Shown: one piece after another, positions 25,784 to 37,830 of the stretch
How positions within the stretch are numbered: position 1 is the stretch's first letter
Layout: each line of letters begins with the position of its first letter
DNA from: Octopus bimaculoides
Lineage: Eukaryota
Direction: 5' to 3'
DNA: 44,670 nucleotides
NCBI RefSeq assembly: GCF_001194135.2
Contig: NC_068983.1
Location: 90,536,308 to 90,580,977 of the forward strand
Position numbers and translations under genes: made by a program
Notes under the pieces: model-generated
Database searches by the model: none
Told to the model about the DNA's origin: nothing
Seen by the model: only the letters and a program-made list of their open reading frames with translations

Positions 25784-26091
25784 GATGAAATACCAAAAAC
25801 GTATTGAAAATACGTATTCGCCTTTATATATTTAATCCTTTATATTGAACACTCAATATTTCATATATTCAATAAGACATATTCCATATATTCAATAAGA
25901 CATTTAATACTTCATTTCATTGTACCATCCATTTTTATATTATATATTATATATTCCATATTCTATATCCCACATTAATTTTACAAGAATATAAATAAAA
26001 CATAAAAAACAGAGTTGGAACTCTTTCAATAAAATAATATATTCCTCTATACACGATCATACAAAACCCCCTTTTTTTGTATTTATTTTTA

Positions 26092-26140
<49 letters not shown>

Positions 26141-26301
26141 CGTCCTAATCATCATTGAATGGTTCATTTTCCATGCTGGTATAGGTTGGACACACACATG
26201 TATATGTGTGTGTGTATGGATACAGATATAGATATAAAACATTGTACATTATTGTATATTATTATATATTGTTATATCAGATGTAATGATATCCATTGCA
26301 G

Positions 26302-26393
26302 TACCAATATTGATGCTCTTGTAGATGAGATCACCTTAAAAGAACCATTAGTTACTGCAGCAAAATCAGGCCAATTGAAAACACTTGTTTCTC
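26302..26393 (+). CDS. DAW1: DAW1/WDR69/ODA16 internal exon (92 nt): TNIDALVDEITLKEPLVTAAKSGQLKTLVS
   Basis: CAG acceptor at 26299-26301. The translation matches the ODA16 N-terminal domain (vertebrate recalled as [25 protein letters not shown]). It ends at an ATATCCTT donor. Confidence 0.85.
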
Positions 26394-27653
26394 ATATCCT
26401 TTTGATAATTTCTATCATAAATTTACATTATTTCTGAATAGCAGTCAGGTCATAAATATCCCTATACTCGCTAGCCTTTATCCTATGAAGAAACAGGTTG
26501 ATATAATAAGTTATGTCCAAATCTGGGTATGCTAAACCGATTTATCTGTCCAAGCTTTAGAAAAACAATGCTCTATTGCTCAGGTTGAGTTTCACTCTCA
26601 CTTCATAGAGTCATTTAGACTATACATGAGGTTTATGAATGAAGGACAGTTTTTGTGGTTTTACATGCAATTTTAGTCAGTTTATTCTCTGATTACTTAG
26701 ATCAGTCTAATGTAATCCAGTTTTCTTACAGTTATATTCTACCTACTTTCCATAGAATAAGAAAAATTTGTCACTCCAAACCACCATTAATTAATTTTAC
26801 TGTACTACCTGTGTTTCCTCTGATCAGCCACACTGTTCACTGATATTTACAGTTACATAAACAGAGCCAAGTTAGGTGTCTCAGGTTTGAATGCATTACC
26901 AGTGCTGATGAGAAAATATGAGCTGCCAATATCTTGACTTTTCTTCTTTTAATGCTGTTGTCAGAGTTTGAAAGACAGCGTTCATAATCCATTTCCAGGT
27001 CTTACAAGTGTGAAGAAAGAAGTTATATTGACACTGGTTCAAATGATTTCAACAGTGTGTACTCTGAAAAGGATACCCAAAGGCTAGATGTTGGTATTAA
27101 AGCAGGTGACAGTATAAGTCTACCTCCCAACAACAAAGATTGCCCCTCTAATAGGCTTGCATACAGTCTCTGTCTGCCAACTTTCATTCACAGAGATTGA
27201 GTCAAACTGAGGCTATGGTAGAAGACACTTATCTACATTGTATGGTAATAAAGTGAGAGTGATTCTAAAACTACATTTTTGTGAGTGAACTTTTTAATCA
27301 GACAGCTACATTGTCCATTATGGTATCACATGGCTTTTGAAAATAGAAAATATTGGATTGATAGTTTAGTTATCATACACACACACACACACACACACAT
27401 GCAATACTTTCTTGATTGGTTTATGCAGCATTTGGTAATTGAGATTAGATATAGAAATCAAATCTGGCAAATGATTTTGATAGTGGTTGAGGTGTGGTTA
27501 AAATAGACATTACAATCAAAACAATAAAAAAGATATCATATCATTGATCTATATATGTGTTGGAGAGTTTACTGATAATTTGAAAGACCTTTTGTATCAT
27601 GTCTAAAATGATGGCCAATTGTCCTTTATTTAAAATTCTTTAACTTCAAGTAA
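26394..27653 (+). other. DAW1: U12-type (minor spliceosome) intron, AT-AA by homology (alternative AT-AC ending at 27659)
   Basis: 5' splice site ATATCCTTT and branch site TTCTTTAAC at 27636-27644. No usable GT donor occurs before the in-frame stop at 26435-26437. Confidence 0.8.
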
Positions 27654-27706
27654 GTTTACAGGAAAAACTGTCACTCTCTATAAACCATGAGTTTTACCTG
27701 TTCAAG
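27654..27706 (+). CDS. DAW1: DAW1 exon (53 nt): (R)LQEKLSLSINHEFYLFK
   Basis: Matches vertebrate RLQEKL...HTFYLFK and ends at a GTAAGT donor. The start could be 27651 or 27660. Confidence 0.85.
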
Positions 27707-30283
27707 GTAAGTATTACAATATTATTTTGCTTGATTTTTTTTCTTTCTGTCTTTTCCATGTGTTATACTTATGTCATCAAGAGAAGTTATAACTTGAATG
27801 GAGAAATATATATATATAGAAAGAAAGGGGATGGGGAAGACCTTTTCTGTTTGGTTTTCACTGTTCAATTCCTTTGATTTTGTTCCAATTGATTTCAAAT
27901 TTGGTGTATTGATGTAGTTTTGTATGCTAATTATAGAAATGAAATTCATTTTGGCCTAACTTAATAAATAAAAAGTTAATAGTTTTTAAAGTTTACAAAT
28001 TTTGGGTAATTTTAGCCGTAGTAACAAGCCAAGCTGTTTTGTAGTCTGCTTACCTGTCTGTTGTTGTCCTGTTTAACTACATGTAGTTTATGTTGTGTTT
28101 TCCTGCATTTACCCATCTGCTGCTATCTGAGAAACAAATGGATATTTTTGGTTGTATTTTCCTGCTTATATTCATCTGTTGCAGTCCTGATAGTCTGCTT
28201 GCCAACCGCCATCATGTATTTTTGAGGAACGAATGGTTAATTGTGCTTTCCTGGACATTTTTAACCTAAATAGAAGTATGACTGCAGTCAACTTGTGTAA
28301 AGAAAATATGTATTCTTTACACAAACTGAATTACAGCCTGCTTTTTTTGTAATTTAATGTTCAGTTTCAGTGTCTTATTTTTTTTTTGCAATTTTCTGCA
28401 TTACATGCCTGTTCCAACATTTCACAAGACTTTACTCATTAAAACTTAAAATTTCCTTCATTGAATGTTTTGTCATCATTATGCCATCAGTCATCGTAAT
28501 GTCATCACATACAAAATGCCAGCTTCCAAATCCTGTTTTCTGATTAGGTAAAAATAATCGCACTTTAAACCTCAGTAACATTTTTCAAAAATTTTTCTTG
28601 AAACAAGTGAATAACATCAGATTCAGCATGAAAAATTACATGAATATACCAAATTTGAAAATTTTCACTTAATTTTAAAATTTCAAATAGTGAAGCCAAA
28701 CAGAAAAAATCCAGTAGCTGTGGATGTTACACTTTTATGTGTTCCAGACTAAAAACTGTAGCCATGCATGCTGGGGCAATGTTGTTATTCCTTTTTTTTT
28801 TTTTTTGTTATTAGGTTTAAATGCTTATTGGTATTATGAAATTAAACAGATACACATATGGGCAGAAGGTAAAATAGATATGATAGTTACTTAGATAGAC
28901 CTACAGACAGGTGACCAGGCAGGCAGGTAGGTAGATCAGTAGGCAGGTAGATGAGCCTACTGATATATCATAAGTTATGCAAATAGAGATATAGTAACAG
29001 ATACAAATAGCTAGATAGCTGAACCCAAATGAAATGAAAATATTCTCAACTGGTATATAACTTGGACCAAGCTTTGTTGGTGGTTGAACAGCAAACAGTG
29101 TAGTTTGATATATACATTTAAAAAAAAAATCCCTCATTTTATGCATGAACTTTAATGCAATTAATTATCTCTTGCACAATCAAAGCATTTGTTTATAAAA
29201 CATGGACAATGATTGACAACATTAGCTAAAAAGAGAAAGAATGAAAAGGATTATTTTTCAAAAAATAAACATGTACTATGTGTAGAATGTTTCAGCCTCC
29301 ACAATAATTGCATTGAAGCCACTTCAATAACAGGTACATAAGAAGGAATACTCTTCCTGATACCTCACATGAAGCTGACTCCAAATGACTCCAGCTTACA
29401 TTTAATTTCAGAAGAGTTCAGTTCCTTGTAAGGCTATCCTACTCTCTGATACAAGGACAGTCATTTAATAAAATTGTAAATAATAAACATTTAATCAATA
29501 TATTATGAATAAATTTTTACCTTTTTAATTCATCTTTCCTTAAACTATAAAGCACATCATATCTGTCCAATGTAAATAAGCAATACCTTATCAAAAGAAT
29601 TTTAAAAAACTTCTTGCTTGTGTTTAATATACTAACATGTTTTCAAATGTACTGACTTATACTGTGGAATTTCCATGGGTCCTACCAGTTCCAGAAAATT
29701 TTTCTCTGAAGATAATTAAATGTACATGCTAATTCAATTAAAGAAGACAATTAAATCTACATGCCAATTCAGTTAAAGAAAACAGTCATACCTACATTTT
29801 AATTAAATTTAGTTGATCTATTATGACTATTATATCCTGCAATAACGACAATTTTTCCAGAGGAAGATACATCACTTATCCACTTAATATTATATAAGGT
29901 TGGAGCTTTCACTCTGTGAAGATGAGATTATGTCACAAACTCCCAGCATAATGAGTCTGTGACATAAATTCATTTTCTAGTTTTAGGTCTTTCACTTGCT
30001 CTATTAATAAATTCACTTATACAAGTTATGAATGTTGCATCTAGCATTCCCTGCATCTCTTGTAGTTAATTGAACTGATTACTCTATCATACTTGAGTTT
30101 GGGATTAATAAATAGTTATCCTGATGTATTTTTATGCATTAATACATTATAAACGAAATAGTCTTGTAATGAAAAGATATATAATGAAGGGTAAGTTGAT
30201 AAGGACAGTTTATTAATTACAGAATGGTAACAGATAAGAAGAAAATAAACCATTATCTAACTTGCAGTAATTTCTACTTACAG

Positions 30284-30342
30284 GTACTTAGAGCCCACAT
30301 ATTACCACTGACTAATGTGGCTTTTAACAAGTCTGGTTCATG
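30284..30342 (+). CDS. DAW1: DAW1 exon (59 nt): VLRAHILPLTNVAFNKSGS
   Basis: CAG / GTAAGC boundaries; near identity to ODA16/DAW1 as recalled; phase fits both neighbours. Confidence 0.95.
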
Positions 30343-32828
30343 GTAAGCTATTTGTTGTTGTGCCTGATGTTTATAATACAATTTCTGGTGTAATGTTACT
30401 ATTATTGTTGGTGGTGGTGGTCATGTTATGATAGTTATAGTAGTTGTGTTGGTGCTATAATTGCATGTTTTACTCTTATTTTATTGTTATTGAAAGGGCT
30501 CTTGTGAAAATCTCTTGAGCAAGTTACTTTTTGGCCTTGTGACTTTGATGTTTCTGTTGGAAAACATCAGGACAAGTATAGAGGAAGTTATGACCATGAT
30601 GTTAGAAAGGAAGGCTTCTGAATTTTATGATGAAAATAATTATATCATTTGAAACTTAAACTTTGGAAAGCTATTAGTCACTTACTTTTCAGGTGAACAT
30701 AAGGATCAGACTGTATTTTTGTTAGTAGAAAAAGGAACATACAAATGGTGTGAGAAATTATTCTTTCCTTGATGAAAAATGCACTACCTTTGACTTTAAC
30801 TAGTTTTGACAATTTCAGGTTGAGAATGAAGAAGATTAGGAAGTAAATTACAACTAGGAGAAAAAGGTCCAGTTAAAAGATCCCTCTATTTGATGGAATC
30901 TCAGTACTGTGTCACACGTGTTTCCACAGGATGGAGAGAATGGAAAAAGAGATAATATAGTAGACAACTGGACATTCCTAAGAGACAACCTGTTGTAAGC
31001 TGTAGCTTTAACAGACTCTTATCCAAACAGTAAATGACATGGTGATGCTAAAGAATATGAGATAGAGCTATAATATCAAAGGGTAAGAAAACGTGAACAA
31101 CTACCTATGTAAGAACAAAATCATGAAGCAAGACAGTTGATCTTGTCAGGAAAGAAAAGAATAGAATGTTGTGCATGGCATTAACAATATTGTGCATGCT
31201 GTGCATATTAATGTTGTGCACAGTATTAACAAACTGAATTTCAAGTCACTGTGTTCATATAACTAGCATGTTATTGGGAAAATTTGTTTGAAATGACACT
31301 AACAAGATGGTTCTTAGTAACAGTAAAATAAAGAGGTATGGTCATGTTACTACAAGAGATAGTTGAATGAAAAATATCAACTGGTTGACTCAACAGAGAG
31401 CCAACTTTTTAAGTTAGCTTAAGCAGGGTTGATATGCAAACATAAGAAAATGAAAGCAAGGAAGTTGTAGGTTCATCAGGGATAGTGATGTCAGTACTGT
31501 GATAGCTATTTAGTTAAATCAAATACTGCAAGTTTGTGGTCCTGTGTCAATTTAAAAAATAATTACTATTGTTGTTACTGGGGTTGATGATTTTATAGTT
31601 GTTACTACTGCAGTTTCTGAAAGTGGAATGACAGAAATAGCAGAGTACCAAATAAGATGTTTTGCAGTATTTATTCTTGCCATCTATGTTCAGGATTCAA
31701 ATCAAGTCTGACCCAACTTTGATTTACATTCCTCTAAACCAGAATCAACAAAATCATTTCTGGTTATGTAGTGGACTTCATCCTTCTCCCATAAGTGTAA
31801 GACCCTGAATCAATGGATGAAATCATTATTACTGTTAATATTACAGTTATTTCTCATAGTTAAAGAGTAGAGACAATATTTAATACTACTCTTCTATATT
31901 CTGTTTTCAAGTCCTACTGGGTTGACATCTCCACCACCCCTGACAATAGCAGTTGTTGCTGTTTAACCACTGGTCAGTCTTGATTAAGTAAACCTATGGC
32001 CAAAAGCATTTCAACTGTGGCCATCATGAGTACAAGAAAACCATGACCACATATCCAGTGTGTCGTTTTCCAAGATGGATGTGATTTGAGTGAAATTTGG
32101 CTGCTATTTCTAGATTGAGTGACCATATAGAAGTTCCCTCAATAGCTCAAGGCAATACCAATTTTATACTAAGGTATATCCAATTCAATTACATCCCACT
32201 CTTGTAGCCTAGTTTATCAATTCAACAGCTGTTTTGTTGCTATTACTGCTGTTTTTTTTAGTAATATTGTGTTTAAAGAAGTGGATGGCATCAGGTGCTG
32301 AATGAATTGTTGTGTGGTTTTGAGGTGGTATTTGGTTATGTTCCTATATGTTCTGTATTCTTATTCCTGTTGACATTTACTTCACCTTTCATCCCTTCTG
32401 GGTTGGAAAAAAATATCAGTCAAGCACTGTCAGCTGATTCCATTGTAAATTTATGGTGTTTTATGAAATAATAAGTTGTTATTATATTTAGGTGAATTGG
32501 CTGAAGTGATAGAGTGATTGATAAAATTTTGTGCTGCTTTAGTAACATCCATTATATGTTATATGTTTAAATTTGATTAAAGGCATTTAACCTGATGAGG
32601 TTAACTACCTTTCATCTGTCCTCAATATTTTATGGTCTTGTGTCTATGTTACAAATCATATTATTTTTGCTAATACCTATGGATTTGGCAGCAACTGATC
32701 AGCTTTACTTTATGATATTCCTGATCTGAGAAAAAATAACTACCAATCAATTACTGAGTGAGTCAGTTAAATCAATTAAACCTCTTCCCTAATCTATGAC
32801 ATTATGTCCAAATTAGAAACCATTAAAA

Positions 32829-33050
32829 ACTGGTGGATTGGCTGAATCAGTAACGTATAGGACAAAATGTTTTGTTATATTCTTTTATGCAGTGAGTTCA
32901 AATTCCACCAGGGTCACCTTTGATATTCATCCTTCTGGGATCTTCTGGGATCAATAAAAGAAGGTACCAGTCAAATACTGTTCTTGATATAAACAACCAG
33001 ACTCTCCATTAATGAGGTTTTGTGCCTTTGTTAGAAATAATATTTACTAT
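32829..33050 (+). mobile_element. Decayed tRNA-type SINE
   Basis: ggattggctgaatcagta...gagttcaaattccaccagggtcacctttg...catccttctggg...aataaaa...gtaccagtc; similar text recurs at ~31620-31850, ~39380-39480 and ~40000-40190. Confidence 0.55.
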
Positions 33051-33071
33051 TGTTATTACAAAGCACACATA

Positions 33072-33949
33072 TGAGGTCTGATCAATAAGTATTCAGACTG
33101 TTGCCATAGTAACGAATGCAGAGTGAAACCACTTGCTGGAAATTGACCTTGAACTCTGCTGTGCATGAGCACTAAGTTTTAACATTTTAGCTCACTTCCA
33201 CTGTTTACAGTAGTGCTTGGAAGGAAGGTGTGTAGCATGTGATCGTCACATTGACCATGACAGAGAATGTTGTCATGACAATACTTGCTTAGAGTCTGAT
33301 GCAAAGTTTAAGAAAGTGTATGGAGAGGAGTGTATGAGCCACACACAAGTGTATGAGTGGTTCAGACGTTTCCAAGATAGTACAAAAAATGTCAATATTG
33401 ACAAACATTTTGGGAGACCTGCAACCAGCAGAACTGAGAAAAGGATCGCAGATGTGAGTGCAGCTGTGAGAGGAAATCATCGAATCACCATCTGTGAGTT
33501 ATCAAAGGATGTGCAGATTAGTTACAGTTCAGTTCAGTCCATTATCACTGAAGATTTGGGTATGAGATGCCTATCTGCCATGTTTGTGCCAAAACTGCTT
33601 TCAGCTGACCAAAAAGACACTCGGGTTTCAGTTGTGCAAGATCTCCCTGATTGTGTGGAGAATGATGAAAACTTTTTGAAAACTTTGCGTAGGCCTCTGA
33701 GCAGGTATTGCCAAGCTCTTGTCAAAATTTGATGCAGATTCTCTTTTCAACTTTCTCTGTCATAATCAATGTGACGATCACATGCTACACACCTTCCTTC
33801 CAAGCACTGCTGTAAACAGCAGAAGTGAGTTAGAATGTGAAAACTTAGTGCCCATGAATCCAAGATCAATCTGTGCCAAGCGGCTTCACTCTGTGTGCTT
33901 TAACTTCGTTACTATGGCAACAGTCCGGATACTTATTGATCAGATCATG
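33072..33949 (+). mobile_element. Mariner internal-deletion derivative (about 880 bp) with both TIRs; retains HTH region, lacks DD34D domain
   Basis: TIRs tgaggtctgatcaataagtattcagactgttgccatagtaacgaa (33072-) and ttcgttactatggcaacagtccggatacttattgatcaga (33905-). TA precedes the left end. ORF 33217-33732 has KVYGEECMSHTQVYEWFRRF, GRP and FVPKLL. Confidence 0.88.
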
Positions 33950-34147
33950 AATACCATGATGAACTCTTGCTGCTGTTACTTTTGCTTCTCTCACTGCTAC
34001 TGCTTCTGCTGCTGTTGTTGTTTCCAGCATCGTCATTGTTGTTGTTATTGTTGTTGTCACTGCTACTGATGCTGTTGTTGATGTTGTTGTTGTAATATGA
34101 ATAATATCAAACACAGTAACATGAGGAGATCTCATTGTCTATTACAG

Positions 34148-34270
34148 TTTCATCACAGGAAGTTATGATCGTACATGTAAGATATGGGATACAGCCTCTG
34201 GAGAGGAACTTCATACACTGTATGGTCACAACAACGTCGTCTATGCAATCTCTTTTAATAACCCTTTTGG
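34148..34270 (+). CDS. DAW1: DAW1 exon (123 nt): (C)[40 protein letters not shown](G)
   Basis: CAG / GTATGC boundaries; WD40 repeat; phase continuous with 30342 and 38825. Confidence 0.95.
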
Positions 34271-35614
34271 GTATGCCATCCATCTTTCTTTTAGAATGGT
34301 TATATTTAGGCCCTAAGTAGTATACCACTTTCACTTTCTCAAATGGAGTACCAGTTTGTTTTGCAGCAGCACTGTGTTGCAGCCAGCTTTTTTTTGTTTT
34401 TTTAATCATGGAGTTTATTTTTTGATGAATTCAGTATTTTTTGTGTTGTTATTTAATATGTAAGAGTGTGATTATATCAAATTATTTAGACTTTTTGTTT
34501 TTGTCGTTTCTCATTTTTGTGAGATGGAAGGATGTGATTATATAAAGATTTGGGTTCATTTTCTAGCAGGTTAAGTGATTGATTAAAGACTTCACCACAA
34601 GGTAAAATAATAGAAATTATTCAATTAATTTTTTTTTTTACTTCAAATACAAAATTAAGTCATTTCTGTTTCTTTTTTTTTCTTCTTCGTTTTTTTTTTT
34701 AAATTAAAAAAAAATTTTTTTTTTTTAGAAAAAAAGATAAATAAGATAAATTTATTCACACAAAATAGCACTTTCTTTTCAGTTTCAGGACACTTACTTT
34801 TCGCTTTCACAAATGAATGATTTCAGATATATGAAATTAATATTGTTATGACAACTATAATCTTTAAAAAATAAAGGAAATTTTTGGCCAGTGTTTGACC
34901 ACTGTAATTTATAGTAAATTAGAGTAATTTTATATCATGAAACAGCAGATCTATGAAATGAACAATGACAGAATATATTGTTCATGGATAGCAATCATAA
35001 TCTTTTCAATGTTTGGTCTATTATTTATAATTGTGTAGAAACAAGGATAATTTTCCTAGAAGAATTTACCTATGTAGTCAGGTATCTTCAGTAATAATCT
35101 AACTAACAGTCTGAAAAGATAACTAATAGTCCTAGACAAACTGAAAGCCAAAGGTTGGGAATCACCTGCAAAAGTGATAGGTGATATATTGGTAATGGAG
35201 AGTCCTAAATCAAGTGAAAATTACTTTTCTTAAGATTGAAAATTGTATGTTATATATCATCTTCCCCTAAATTTATATTCTTTCTAACATAACAAAATTT
35301 TAAGCAAATACAATTACACCTTTCCATTTTTACAAAAACACAAAAATGAACAACAATAAAAATTTAAATAACATTATATAATCACACCATCCTATCTGAG
35401 ACAAAGATGAAATCTTAAAATATATTATATTGCACAAAACTGTGTAAAGATCTTCTGCAACTGCCAAACAAACTGGTACCAGCTAAAGTTTGAGAAAGTA
35501 AAAAATTGCTTTCATTTATTTATCATTTTGTGTTTTTCTTCTTTAGTGTACATTGACTTTTAATATTATTCATACTAGAACTATACCACAACCAATGACA
35601 ATTTCAGTAGAAAA

Positions 35615-36798
35615 GGCAGGTTGTACTGAAAGTAATGCAAGTGTAGGCATAACTTTTTCACTAACTAACATGAGTTGTTCATTTGACGAAGTAGAATAAT
35701 TCTTTATGCAACTCTTCCCCCTGTCCTTTATTGCAGGCAAATAATAGGTTCCAATTGAAAGGTGTGTTCTGTCATTGAATTTTTGATGGAGGAAGGTGGA
35801 GGTCATCCAAAATCCATAGAAGGCTATAGGTTGCTTACAGAGAAGATACCATTGACAAGAGCAATATGCACAGATGGATAAAAAAAAGTTTTAAGAAGGG
35901 GAAACTATCAACTATGACCAGTAAGAGGATAAATTGATGTGGTCAGACAAGTTGCAATCCATGAGCTTACTCTACGACTGGACTATGATCACAATGGTCT
36001 ACAGAAGATGGTGGACTACTCTGGGTATTGGAAAGTGTGTGCAGAGTGGGTACCTTGACAGTTGACATCCAATTTGAATTTAAAAAATGGTGGAAGTTTG
36101 TTCTGATCTGCTGGAAGTGTTTGAAGCAGTTTTTTTAATCTGGTGACAAGGGATGAAACATGACTGTATCTTTATGATCTGGAAGTGAAGGTTCAGCCCA
36201 TAAAATGGCATCACACCTTTTCTCCAGGGCTTAAGAAGTTCAAAAGTCAGTGATCAGTACAGAAAGCCATGGTGACTTTTGGGATATGACAAGGGCATCA
36301 TTCTCCCTGGTTTTCTACATGTCTGTATTGTGAACAGCTAGTGGTATGGTAAGCCACTCAGAGAGTTTAGAGAAGCCATTATGTGAAAGAGATTACACAA
36401 AAATCTGAAAACAATTCACATTCACCTTAACAATACCTGACCACATATCTTTGGCAATAAATCAGTCAGTTTGCAAATTAGGTGGCCAGTGTTTCCCCAT
36501 CTACCATACAACCCCTATCTGACACCTGACTTTTACCTATTTGTTCAATAAAGGACAATCTTTGGAGATAAAAATTTGATGATGTAGAAGAGGTGAAAGT
36601 GATTGTAAAGAAGTGTGTACAACAGTGCACATCTGAGTGCTTTCAAAGAGGATTCATGAATGGTAGTCAATGATAGAGACTGTTGAGTAGTACCTTTGTA
36701 TAGAGGAAGAGTTATACTACCAACATATGGAATTTGAATGACCTATGTCAGTTAATAAAGTTATGTCCAATTTTGCTTTACTTTCAGTATAATCCTCA
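35615..36798 (+). mobile_element. Near full-length decayed mariner (about 1.18 kb)
   Basis: TIR core tt(g/a)tactgaaagtaa(t/a)gc at ~35621 and inverted at 36775-36798, followed by TA. Relics of WVP*QLT, DET, and HLPYNPYL (the YSPDL motif). Confidence 0.75.
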
Positions 36799-37199
36799 TA
36801 TATTGAATATGAACTAAGAGAAGGGATGTAACCCAATAAGACAAAGCATTTAGGTTTATCTCACTACATTACATTCTTGTACATTTTATACAAATGTACA
36901 CTAGTGTGTCCAAAGAGGAGGACCATAACATAGGGCTAGTCAAGAAGCCTCACAAATCCAGGACTATTCTGACCAAGGATAAGTGATCACTCACAGTTAT
37001 TATTCTATGATATATAGCTGCATACTGAGAGAAACTCCTTTCACTCAAACCATACATGCTACTTTCACCCACTTTTCAATAAATTTATTGAAGGGAACAT
37101 CAGTTTCACTATTCTTACCGTCTCTTCTAGTGAAATTTGAAAAAGTCAATGAGAGCTTAGTTGGAGAGGAAGATGCCTGTCTTCAGTCCTTTCAGTCAT

Positions 37200-37830
37200 A
37201 TCTATGAAATACTCTCTTTCACCATAGTCATCAGACAGAGAAAAAAATGTCTGTTCTTCCTGATCACAAGAAAGTGGTAGGGTGATCTTTACAATGGACT
37301 TGAACCGCAGCTATATCTGACCTACATGCAACAACAGCTGTTCAGCAAAACTCCTCAAGCCAGAATGAATGCATGTAGAATGGTTTCTTTACTCTATATG
37401 CACCTCGGACAGACCCAAATGACTGCACTTTCATGACTGTTGAATTTATTTCATTTCTACCCCTGGTAGAACAGCCAATCCAGAGATTTCTCGAAATTAT
37501 TCATCAGTTCCTAGGTTACAGATCCTCCAGGAAAGACTAGCCAAGTGATTCTCATCAATGCCCAGAGTTTGAGAACATTGTCATTAACCCCTCCCCCTGC
37601 TAGTCTTCTATAGAAAGCTAATGTGTAGTATTTATTGTCCAATTGTCCAACTGGTAAAAAGCATCTGATGATATTCCAGATACCAGGCACCCAGTCTTGA
37701 TCTTTGTTCCAAAATCACATTTCCATCAAAGTGATAGGCTATACAAAGCACAACCTCCCCTGCACACCATATAGGAATCTCTGCAGATGTTACAGCCTTA
37801 ATGCATGCATGAATATAGCAGATGGACTAC
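37200..37830 (-). mobile_element. Tx1/L1-like LINE 3' fragment
   Basis: The minus strand gives VCPRCI*SKETILHA and FAEQLLLHVGQI, resembling the zf-RVT end at 6600-6800. Confidence 0.55.

Noticed and set aside
26159-26437. ORF-track 92-aa ORF as a single exon or gene
   Set aside because: Only 26302-26393 is homologous to DAW1; the flanks are microsatellite and intron read-through.
27662-27706. Conventional GT-AG model using a GT at 26387 and the CAG acceptor at 27659-27661
   Set aside because: It is in frame but deletes VSRLQ, uses a very poor donor (GTTTCT), and ignores the perfect U12 donor and branch site.
33719-34135. Cys-rich (+) and Thr/Ala-rich (-) ORFs
   Set aside because: Translation of a TGT/CTG triplet low-complexity tract plus the mariner end.
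37195-37230. Minus-strand CTGATGA-ctatggt-GAAA as a hammerhead ribozyme
   Set aside because: No pairing for stems I-III.
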